DNA from: Methanobacteriota archaeon
GTDB lineage: Archaea > Thermoplasmatota > Poseidoniia > Poseidoniales > Thalassarchaeaceae
Reading direction: 5' to 3'
NCBI GenBank assembly: GCA_016845345.1
Contig: JAERSV010000029.1
Coordinates: 24,917-88,916, forward strand
DNA length: 64,000 nt
Shown here one piece after another: positions 1-7,722 of this stretch. The notes under the pieces were generated by a model. It did no database searches, had not been told where the DNA came from, and worked only from the letters and a program-made list of their open reading frames with translations. The position numbers were made by a program, and so were the translations under genes. Numbering within the stretch: the first letter of the stretch is position 1; each line of letters opens with the position of its first letter.

Positions 1-469
1 TCGCTTTCAATGTCTGATGAAGGAAAACTGGTGGTTTACCTTTGTGTGTCACATATTGTGTTAATGAAGCATAATTACCTACTGTACGATTTGTCATAAA
101 CGGCATTGCTACTAAATTGAAGATTGATAAGAGAGCACCTCCGATAATGAAATATGTTCCGTCAAACATACTTCCCCAGAGACTGATTACAACAATTGGT
201 ACAGCCCAACCGAAAGATACGATAAAATCTACAAGGCTTCGCGCGAATCTAGCCGGTCTCTTGGCAATAACATATTCATCGGGTAGTGTCTTTGCAACCT
301 TTGGTGTAACTTCAATATCATCTAAATCATCTGTTTTCTTTTTAGATGTACGCTTTCGCTTAGTTTTCTTCGCAGCCTTTGCTGCTTTTACTGGCTTAGG
401 CTTGCTCTTTTTTGCAGGCTTTGTCGCTTCTTCATTTTGCATTTGTCCAGCTTTCTCAAGTAATCCCAT
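1..469 (-). CDS. RDD-family-like membrane protein with lysine-rich N-terminus (3' end runs off the window)
   Basis: Minus-strand ORF open to the window edge, not in the ORF track. ATG at 469..467, 5 nt after the stop (475) of the upstream gene. My translation: MGLLEKAGQMQNEEATKPAKKSKPKPVKAAKAAKKTKRKRTSKKKTDD...RPARFARSLVDFIVSFGWAVPIVVISLW...NRTVGNYASLTQYVTHKGKP. The R..A..vD and T.G....l..v..G.P pattern plus hydrophobic helices resembles the RDD domain. Confidence 0.45.
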   Translation of the reverse strand, partial: MGLLEKAGQMQNEEATKPAKKSKPKPVKAAKAAKKTKRKRTSKKKTDDLDDIEVTPKVAKTLPDEYVIAKRPARFARSLVDFIVSFGWAVPIVVISLWGSMFDGTYFIIGGALLSIFNLVAMPFMTNRTVGNYASLTQYVTHKGKPPVFLHQTLKA

Positions 470-474
470 TAGTA

Positions 475-1473
475 TCACTCTCCATATATCTCACTCATCT
501 CGATGAATAGTTGAAATCCAGGGGTTGCCATAAATTCCTGTAGTTTATCGTCAGGTATAGTTCCCAATTCTTGATTCACCATATTGAAGAATTTTTTACG
601 AGTTGCAGTTGTTGTTGAACTAGCAGCAGCCCCAACTCTCTCAAATAATTTGAAGTTTTTAGATGAAATGAAATCATTGATGAAATCTTCTGGCATATCA
701 CCTAATAAGTTATTCACAACATCGAAGAAGTCACTGAAATTCTGATCTTCGTCTTCATCTTCATCGTCTTCAATTTCTTCTTGGGCATCGTACTCCTCAA
801 GTTCGGAATAATCGATATCGCCTGCAAGTACACCCTTCAACAATTTCCGTTCATCTACCATCGGTTTTAGGAGATTACCAAATTTAGCGATTGCAGCCTG
901 CTTCTTCTTTGATTTTGCAGCATCAAATTTCTTTTTCAGTGGACGCATTTCTGATTCTAATTCAGTAAGGCGTTCTTGAACATCTACCATCTCCTCATCT
1001 TCTTCTCCAGCATCCGAGGAGTCTTCAGGAACCGACAGTAATTCGACAACAGGAGCGGAATCTCTTGTGGTTTCTTTTTCAGATTTTCTCATCACGATTA
1101 TTTCTCTATCTAAATCATGTCCAAATCTGTCAGCATATCGCTCTAGAAGACTACCCACATCACTGGAGCCTAAACGATCAATGTGGCCATACATTTGTTG
1201 TAGGGATTTATCGGTTCTATTTTGCCACATATCAGCATAATTGGGATCCTCTTCCCCCTCTTCAATGACCTCTATGACTTCTACCTCGACCTCTTCGACA
1301 ACAGGTTCCTGGATTTCTGCTGGGAGTGGTTCACTCGGCGGAGTAGGGGCTGGAGGCAGTGGCATAGCCATTTCTGGTGATGGTGGAGGTGGTAAATCCC
1401 CAGGTGGAGGGGGTAAGGTAGGGGAACTTGCTGGCACACTTGCGTCGTTCTTCTTCCTCTTGCGAAACGCCAT
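475..1473 (-). CDS. hypothetical acidic protein with N-terminal MAFRKRKK and poly-proline tract
   Basis: Long ORF 475..1506. ATG at 1473 is preceded by GGGTGAGGG (SD-like), giving MAFRKRKKNDASVPASSPTLPPPPGDLPPPPSPEMAMPLPPAPTPPSEPLP, then very acidic sequence. No family recognised. Confidence 0.6.
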   Translation of the reverse strand: MAFRKRKKNDASVPASSPTLPPPPGDLPPPPSPEMAMPLPPAPTPPSEPLPAEIQEPVVEEVEVEVIEVIEEGEEDPNYADMWQNRTDKSLQQMYGHIDRLGSSDVGSLLERYADRFGHDLDREIIVMRKSEKETTRDSAPVVELLSVPEDSSDAGEEDEEMVDVQERLTELESEMRPLKKKFDAAKSKKKQAAIAKFGNLLKPMVDERKLLKGVLAGDIDYSELEEYDAQEEIEDDEDEDEDQNFSDFFDVVNNLLGDMPEDFINDFISSKNFKLFERVGAAASSTTTATRKKFFNMVNQELGTIPDDKLQEFMATPGFQLFIEMSEIYGE

Positions 1474-1561
1474 GCCCTCACCCTGTTGATACATGGTGAC
1501 AAACAATCTGCCTTTAACATTGGCTTAATTTGAAAAACTCAGACCACGTAGTTTTACTACG

Positions 1562-2779
1562 TCAAATTGGCTTTGCCCACCCTTTTAGTGTCAAAAATGT
1601 GTCAATATTTGATTCAGCAATTAAAGTATCTCCTAGGCTGAATTCTTTTTCATCGCCACCTAATCTCAAGACACATCTATCAACAACAATTTCCAATTCT
1701 CTAGTTTTATCGTCGAACCTAGGTAATGCCTCATTGAGAGCATCGAATGCATTAGTTTCTTCTGGGTGTAAGCGGTCTAATGGAAGGGTTACAACTTGTA
1801 ATCCACATTTGCCATTTAGACTGTTAGGCCAACGGATTTGCCTTTTGATATCAACTGTAACAGCCTCATCAGTTTCTCCTGCTTTAACCATGATGAGCGA
1901 ACGGTCTCCCTTAACAAGTTCGAGAAATATATGCGCGTATTGGTTTTTAGCCCCGCCTAAGACATTGAAATTACCACTTAGGATAGTTTCTCGACGTTGT
2001 GGGTGTTGAACTTTCTCAGCGAGTGTTTTCATTTTTGCAACCCCACATTTGGAAACTTGACTACTAGGGGATTTTGACCGTACTTCAATTATATCACATA
2101 GTTCCTTTGTCATTTTAGTGCCTTCCGAACCATCTTGAATAGCAATATCTAATTTATTCAAAATATTGATTGTGCCATCCTCCAATCTAGTTTTCCATCC
2201 TCCCTGGCCGCTGTTGTTCCGCAAGGCGCTGACTTCGACACCTTCACCTCTGATGTGATTCACAAGTTCTCTCCTTGCAGAACTATCCAAACCCAAAATA
2301 TGAGGGTCTCTGTAGTGCAGATGGAATCCTCGATGTCCTGAAAAGGTCACATGGAGGTATTCTTCCTTGAAACCAAATTCTGTAGAGAGAAACTCTTCCC
2401 ACAAATCGTGAGTTTGTAATTGAATGATTTCCAGCATTTCGGGGAAATTGAATGGATCGACATGGTCAAGGTGGTCGCCATCTAAATCAAAGATTAAATC
2501 AGCGCCCTTCCAATCTTTATCTGCCATTTTCCTCTCCAATGGTTTGCCATAGTAAGCCGTTGAGTAAAAGCAGCTTTTAGGACCTCTTTGGTGCAAGTAA
2601 TTCAATACATTTTTAGGGGTGTCAAAATTAATGTGACGATCGAATAAATTAGATGACCACATTTGGAACATACATTCCCTTGTCCGCAATCTTGGAGGGA
2701 ACCAGAATTTGCTCTCATCAATTTGAGAATACCACTTTGAAAAGCGGTGAGCAGCGCGGGCCCAATTACTCTCAACCAT
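1562..2779 (-). CDS. priS: DNA primase small (catalytic) subunit PriS
   Basis: AEP primase motifs DLIFDLDGDH and FSGHRGFHLHY, at 405 aa. Confidence 0.9.
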   Translation of the reverse strand: MVESNWARAAHRFSKWYSQIDESKFWFPPRLRTRECMFQMWSSNLFDRHINFDTPKNVLNYLHQRGPKSCFYSTAYYGKPLERKMADKDWKGADLIFDLDGDHLDHVDPFNFPEMLEIIQLQTHDLWEEFLSTEFGFKEEYLHVTFSGHRGFHLHYRDPHILGLDSSARRELVNHIRGEGVEVSALRNNSGQGGWKTRLEDGTINILNKLDIAIQDGSEGTKMTKELCDIIEVRSKSPSSQVSKCGVAKMKTLAEKVQHPQRRETILSGNFNVLGGAKNQYAHIFLELVKGDRSLIMVKAGETDEAVTVDIKRQIRWPNSLNGKCGLQVVTLPLDRLHPEETNAFDALNEALPRFDDKTRELEIVVDRCVLRLGGDEKEFSLGDTLIAESNIDTFLTLKGWAKPI

Positions 2780-2824
2780 CTATTTCACAGTACCCTAAAG
2801 CACCACGGCACTTGAACGACGCGA

Positions 2825-3019
2825 TTAGTCCATCGGTAAACCTGGCACGGCTTTCCCATCCGAAGATGGTGTAGTTCCCGTTTCGGACTTATAGCAATCA
2901 AAGCATGAAAATTTGTCGTCAATAGGCAATGATTGCCCAAATGTTAGTCTAGCGCCACAGAAATCACAAATTGGTCCGATTTCTCCCTCATGAATTCCTA
3001 ATCTTGAGACATCTGGCAC
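2825..3019 (-). CDS. small zinc-ribbon protein (hypothetical)
   Basis: 64-aa ORF with CDFC...CFDC (two CxxC pairs). Only a GTG start is available, preceded by AAGTGAT. Lies 45 nt upstream of priS on the same strand. Confidence 0.4.
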   Translation of the reverse strand: MPDVSRLGIHEGEIGPICDFCGARLTFGQSLPIDDKFSCFDCYKSETGTTPSSDGKAVPGLPMD

Positions 3020-3135
3020 GTTATCACTTAAACAATCGCGGGGGTGCCAAGTCTTTGAGCCTGTCCATTAATGGATTTAAAATATCAATCAATCCAAGCA
3101 TAAAGTTCACAACCAAATTGCTATCGCGCCAACAC

Positions 3136-3993
3136 ATGAGTAGTGAAGAACGGGTTGTGCGAGTAGGACATTCTCCTGACCCAGATGATGCATTTATGTT
3201 TCATGCATTAACAACAGGGATAATTGACACGCCCGGATTTAAATTTGAGCATGTTCTATTAGATATTGAAACCCTTAACAAAAAAGCAAATGCTGAAGAA
3301 TATGAGGTCAGTGCTGTCAGTATCCACGCATTTCCTGAAATCTCAGATAAATATTCACTGATGAATTGTGGTGCAAGCATGGGTGAAGGGTATGGGCCAA
3401 TGCTCGTTAGTTCTAATCCCATGACTTTGCAAGAGGCTTGTACTAAACCGATTGCAATACCTGGACTAAAGACATCAGCACATTTAGCACTGAAAATGGC
3501 TGTTGGGAATGTTGAGACAGTTATTGTTCCCTTTGACGAAATTATGCCGCGTATTCAGAACGGTGAATTTGCTAGTGGGGTCATCATCCATGAAGGACAG
3601 TTGACTTGGGAATCACATGGAATGAATCTCATATTAGATTTAGGTATTTGGTGGAATGAAAGAACAAATGGCCTACCTCTACCTTTGGGCGGTAATGTAG
3701 TCAGAAAGGATTTAGGTCCAAAATTGTGTGAACAAATTACTGATTGGGTAAAACAAAGCATTGAGATTGCAATACTAAATCCGAATGAAGCATTAGAGTT
3801 TGCAAGGCAATGGGGTAGAGGAATAGACGAAGAAACAAACTCAAAATTTATTCAAATGTATGTCAATTCACGAACTATAGATTTTGGCGATGATGGAAGG
3901 GAAAGCATTGTGAAATTCCTAACTGAAGGTAAAGAAATTGGAATGATTAACAAAGATTTTGACCCGAGTTCAATCGAATTTATTGGTGCGTAA
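3136..3993 (+). CDS. mqnD: 1,4-dihydroxy-6-naphthoate synthase (MqnD, futalosine pathway)
   Basis: VRVGHSPDPDDAFMFHALTTGIIDTPGFKFEHVLLDIETLN matches the MqnA/MqnD (VitK2 biosynthesis) family N-terminus in its MqnD-like form. ATG at 3136 chosen because the longer ORF from 2971 overlaps the opposite-strand gene. Confidence 0.8.
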   Translation: MSSEERVVRVGHSPDPDDAFMFHALTTGIIDTPGFKFEHVLLDIETLNKKANAEEYEVSAVSIHAFPEISDKYSLMNCGASMGEGYGPMLVSSNPMTLQEACTKPIAIPGLKTSAHLALKMAVGNVETVIVPFDEIMPRIQNGEFASGVIIHEGQLTWESHGMNLILDLGIWWNERTNGLPLPLGGNVVRKDLGPKLCEQITDWVKQSIEIAILNPNEALEFARQWGRGIDEETNSKFIQMYVNSRTIDFGDDGRESIVKFLTEGKEIGMINKDFDPSSIEFIGA

Positions 3994-3995
3994 TT

Positions 3996-4487
3996 ATGTC
4001 AAGTGAAAATAATGATGAGAATAAACCCCAAGACAAAGAATATGATTCAATTGATCCAGCACCGCCTAGCAAAATTAGGTCAATAGATGAATTAAAAACG
4101 GTGCTTTGCAACGAAAATGGCAGAATGTTTCTCCGAATGCGTGCCTTATTTACCCTGAGAAACATTGGTGGACCAGAAGCAATCGATGCTCTTGCCTCTA
4201 GTTTTGGAAGTGCTTCTGTACTTCTAAAGCATGAAGTCGCCTACGTCTTAGGACAGATGCAGGATAGTTATGCCATAGACGCTTTAATTGAGAGGTTGGC
4301 AGACCCAAATGAAGACTCAATTGTTCGTCACGAAGCAGCAGAGGCATTAGGCGCGATCGGGGATACTCGTTCATTGGGAGTGCTAAAACAATATCTAAAT
4401 GATGACTGTGTCGTGGTTTCAGAATCATGTGAAGTTGCACTCGATTTGTTAGAATGGACAAGTAACGACTCGTTAGAATATGAGTGA
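3996..4487 (+). CDS. HEAT-repeat protein resembling one half of deoxyhypusine hydroxylase (DOHH)
   Basis: RMRALFTLRNIGGPEAIDAL...LLKHEVAYVLGQMQD...IVRHEAAEALGAIGD...VVSESCEVALDLLEW. Two His-Glu motifs lie 33 residues apart (H79-E80, H112-E113). Start is 3 nt after the mqnD stop. Confidence 0.8.
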   Translation: MSSENNDENKPQDKEYDSIDPAPPSKIRSIDELKTVLCNENGRMFLRMRALFTLRNIGGPEAIDALASSFGSASVLLKHEVAYVLGQMQDSYAIDALIERLADPNEDSIVRHEAAEALGAIGDTRSLGVLKQYLNDDCVVVSESCEVALDLLEWTSNDSLEYE

Positions 4488-4541
4488 ATTTTACACATTC
4501 AATAGGATAATACTTTTGCTGAATCCCTATTAGCAGGGCCG

Positions 4542-6917
4542 ATGAAGAAAAGCCCGGCCGCTTTCTTTGGGATTTTCTTGTGCAGCGCTTTAATGTTCTC
4601 TTCTGTTCCACTTTTGCCCGAAGTTAGTGCTGGGACTGAAGAAAATTACCCCTTTAGCGGCACTCTTCTAAACCCTTATTCCTTATCTGGGTCGTCAGAA
4701 ATAACATATTCAACTGATGGAACTTTAATTGCTGCTGCTTTTAACTCAGATGTTGTAATTATCAACACTCAGTATCGGACATTTATCAAGGATATTAGTA
4801 TTGGAAATAAAATTTTGTCTCTTGCATTTTCTGATGATGATTCTGCATTACTAGTCGGACTAGAAAGCCCATTCATGAGTACATTGGCCATGGCCATATA
4901 TGACACTACAACATGGGAAAGAATAGGGGTTAATGAAGATGGTAGAGAAGTAAGTGATATATCATTACTTCCAAGTACAGCAATTTTCGCTTCAGCGAAT
5001 GAAAATAATGGAGTTTCAGAATATTATATCAATGACTCGACTTATGCAATATCAACTTATGATGACGAACATACTACTGATGTTACCTGTTTGGACCATT
5101 CGCCAAACGGACAACAATTAGTAACTGGGGGGAAAGATGGAAACATCAACCTATGGAATAGAAGTTCTGCACAAGTTGACGTATCTTGGCAGGTTGGATT
5201 CAGTATTACTGATTGTTCAATTTCTCCTGATGGAAACCAATTAGCTTGGATTACCAATTCTCTTTTGCAAGTACGGACAGTTCCAGAAGGTGAATTCATA
5301 ACTACTCTGAACTTAATTGGCGATGCCTTTCAATTAGAGTGGGCTGAAAATGGCCAAGAATTATGGGTATTGGTTGAATCTTCAGCAGATATACTGAGTA
5401 TTTTCAATACTACAGATTATACAACTATTCAGACATTTGAATTGGGTCACCAAGTCACAAAATTTGCAAAATCACCTACGGCCTCTGAGTTTATTGTTAC
5501 AACAAATACAGGTATTCTAACTGTCTTTAGAGAAGATGCTTGGGGACCATACTATGGGTTAGTAGGTTCAGATATTGATGGCGATGGTACGCCCGATATC
5601 TATGATGGCGATGATGATGGTGATGGATTAGGTGATGATTTCGAATTTTCTTGCGAAGAGGGAAATGATTGTCACACCTATCCCGACCCAGATTTAATCA
5701 GGCAGGTTTCGATTACCATCAACAAAAACAAAATTACGATTCAAGATAGATATCAAATGAATTCAAGTATGAGTGCACCGATTCGTGAATTAGCCTCCTC
5801 AGCCGTTGCATCAGATGGATATGTTAGCCAAGGAGAAGCAATAAAAATGGAACGAATGTTCTGTAGTGGAACAAATGCTAATCAAATCAGTTCGGATTGG
5901 AACAAGGCAGTAAAATTTGACCATTCCGCCATCATTGGTACTACTGTCCGCTGTGATGCAAAATTAGGTTTGATAGACACTGAAAAACATGACTCGAGAA
6001 CGCGAATAGAATTACGTTGGTTTATTGAAATTACTTTAGCAAACAACGTCGATAGGCCATTCAACATGACCTTGGACCCTTCAGTATCCCCTCCTTTGCA
6101 CACAGTGGTTCAAAATGTTCCAACTTCACCGTTTACATTGACTTTAATTCACGAAGGGAAAACTGTGCATTATCAAACACCTATTCATGTAAATAGTCCG
6201 CAAATGTCTGTATCCGTACAGGCTTTACCAGAACCTGAGCCAACATTTTTCGATAATTCCCTGTCATGGTTAGAGAATAATTTTCTGATTCCATTAAGTG
6301 TGATCATTGTTTTATCATTGGTAATTGTTTTAGTAATCAGAAGAAAAAATGCATTATTATTCCAATTAGATGAAGATGAAGAAGACACTATTGAAGTTAC
6401 ATCTAGGAGAAGGTCGTCAAATAGAAACCAATCTCGCGATATAATGTCTTCAAGCGGTAGACCACAACCAGTCCAACGCCCTAAAGAAGGCACAAAGCGT
6501 AGGAAACAACCTGCAAAACGCCCGACATCAGAACCAGCAATTAGACGTGTTAGAAAGGTGCCTGGAACTGTCACACAAACGGGGGTTGCTCCGGAAGGAG
6601 AGGAATGGGACTATTCCGAACATGGTGCATACTGGGATAAGGACGACCCTGATTCAGCGGACCCATATAGAGAAGCACAAGAATTTCATGATGCAGAAAG
6701 TGCAATTTTAGAAATCGCTCAAGAAGTTGCATCGGAGCATGAGGAAAATGAGAATCAAGAAAATGACGAACAATTAGACTCTGAAATGGATGATGCGTTA
6801 TCTATGATCAAAAAAACAACAAAGTCGAAAACACGTAAACCCAAGAAAAACCCGGAAGATGTGACAAAGAAGGAAACCAAGAAAAGAAGAAAAGTAAAAC
6901 GTCGTAAATCGGATTAG
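4542..6917 (+). CDS. secreted, membrane-anchored WD40/beta-propeller protein with Asp-rich Ca-binding-like segment and long charged cytoplasmic tail
   Basis: Signal peptide MKKSPAAFFGIFLCSALMFSSVPLL. About 7 propeller-like repeats (e.g. VTCLDHSPNGQQLVTGGKDGNINLWN). DIDGDGTPDIYDGDDDGDGLGDD segment. TM helix FLIPLSVIIVLSLVIVLVIRRKN, then about 190 aa of K/R- and D/E-rich tail. Confidence 0.75.
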   Translation: MKKSPAAFFGIFLCSALMFSSVPLLPEVSAGTEENYPFSGTLLNPYSLSGSSEITYSTDGTLIAAAFNSDVVIINTQYRTFIKDISIGNKILSLAFSDDDSALLVGLESPFMSTLAMAIYDTTTWERIGVNEDGREVSDISLLPSTAIFASANENNGVSEYYINDSTYAISTYDDEHTTDVTCLDHSPNGQQLVTGGKDGNINLWNRSSAQVDVSWQVGFSITDCSISPDGNQLAWITNSLLQVRTVPEGEFITTLNLIGDAFQLEWAENGQELWVLVESSADILSIFNTTDYTTIQTFELGHQVTKFAKSPTASEFIVTTNTGILTVFREDAWGPYYGLVGSDIDGDGTPDIYDGDDDGDGLGDDFEFSCEEGNDCHTYPDPDLIRQVSITINKNKITIQDRYQMNSSMSAPIRELASSAVASDGYVSQGEAIKMERMFCSGTNANQISSDWNKAVKFDHSAIIGTTVRCDAKLGLIDTEKHDSRTRIELRWFIEITLANNVDRPFNMTLDPSVSPPLHTVVQNVPTSPFTLTLIHEGKTVHYQTPIHVNSPQMSVSVQALPEPEPTFFDNSLSWLENNFLIPLSVIIVLSLVIVLVIRRKNALLFQLDEDEEDTIEVTSRRRSSNRNQSRDIMSSSGRPQPVQRPKEGTKRRKQPAKRPTSEPAIRRVRKVPGTVTQTGVAPEGEEWDYSEHGAYWDKDDPDSADPYREAQEFHDAESAILEIAQEVASEHEENENQENDEQLDSEMDDALSMIKKTTKSKTRKPKKNPEDVTKKETKKRRKVKRRKSD

Positions 6918-7708
6918 ATTTCTAACCATTGAATATCTGTGTCAGAACCACACACTTCAGTTAGGAATAATTCTAATCCCTGAACCGAATCATCGCTAAG
7001 GATGTTCGTTACTTCGCTGAAATAATCGGTAATCCTCTCATCTGAAAATCCACTTCTAATTACTGTGTTATGAATAACATCATCTTTTGTTTTCTTGTCA
7101 TCTCTGAACTTCTGTGCATTGTGCAATAAATCATGATGGGCTTGTTTCAATTTATCCACAGGTGCTGAGACAGGTGCGGCAAACACCCCAAAGACCATAG
7201 GTAATTGTGTCTGTTTATACCACTCTTCTCCAAGGTCCATTTTTATTAATTCCGGGTTCCTCTGTGCTTCGTCTAGAGCTCGGTCTCCAATCAACAATGC
7301 GGCATCACATTTGGATAGCATTTCAGATAAATCTGGGCCCATATCAACTGTTTTAGGGTCTAAACCCAATTGAGCCAAGAGGTACAATACCAATTTTTTT
7401 GATGTTGATGAATCAGTTGGTAAGGCTATATCCCTAATTTTATGTAATTCTCTTTTACTGAATAACAACACACTACCAACTGCACCAACTGATGCTATTC
7501 CTATGTCTGGGAGTAATATTAACTCAGAAGAATTTGCTGCGTAATCAGCGGCAGGAATTGGAGCAACAAGACAATCTCTGCGTAGTAAATGACCAGTTAA
7601 CCAAGCAGGTGGGGCAGGTAAAATAGACCAGTGTTGGGACAAATTATGAAATAATGGGTCACAATTCACAAAAGATACCCGTCCGATTATATCAGACCAA
7701 TTAACCAA
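6914..7708 (-). CDS. mqnA: chorismate dehydratase (MqnA, futalosine pathway)
   Basis: MqnA/MqnD family periplasmic-binding-like fold: GRVSFVNCDPL..., LPTDSSTSKKLVLYLL, CDAALLIGDRAL, DLGEEWYKQTQLPMVFGVF. Adjacent to a radical-SAM mqn gene. Confidence 0.75.
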   Translation of the reverse strand: MVNWSDIIGRVSFVNCDPLFHNLSQHWSILPAPPAWLTGHLLRRDCLVAPIPAADYAANSSELILLPDIGIASVGAVGSVLLFSKRELHKIRDIALPTDSSTSKKLVLYLLAQLGLDPKTVDMGPDLSEMLSKCDAALLIGDRALDEAQRNPELIKMDLGEEWYKQTQLPMVFGVFAAPVSAPVDKLKQAHHDLLHNAQKFRDDKKTKDDVIHNTVIRSGFSDERITDYFSEVTNILSDDSVQGLELFLTEVCGSDTDIQWLEI

Positions 7709-7722
7709 TACAATCTCCCCCT

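Noticed and set aside
117-506. 129-aa plus-strand ORF at the start of the window
   Set aside because: It lies entirely antisense to the better-supported minus-strand RDD-like gene (1..469). It is low-complexity and hydrophobic, as expected from reading a Lys-rich gene backwards. It has no recognisable motif.
1530-2009. 159-aa plus-strand ORF
   Set aside because: It is antisense to priS, which has unambiguous primase motifs. The translation is Ser/Leu-rich with no motif.
2971-3135. N-terminal 55 codons of the 340-aa ORF containing mqnD
   Set aside because: The extension overlaps the opposite-strand zinc-ribbon ORF and does not resemble the MqnD family. MqnD homology begins right after the ATG at 3136.
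6230-6350. LPEPEPTFF followed by a TM helix and RRK in the propeller protein, as a possible PEP-CTERM-like signal
   Set aside because: The TM helix is followed by about 190 further residues, not a short basic C-terminus, so it is not a C-terminal sorting domain.
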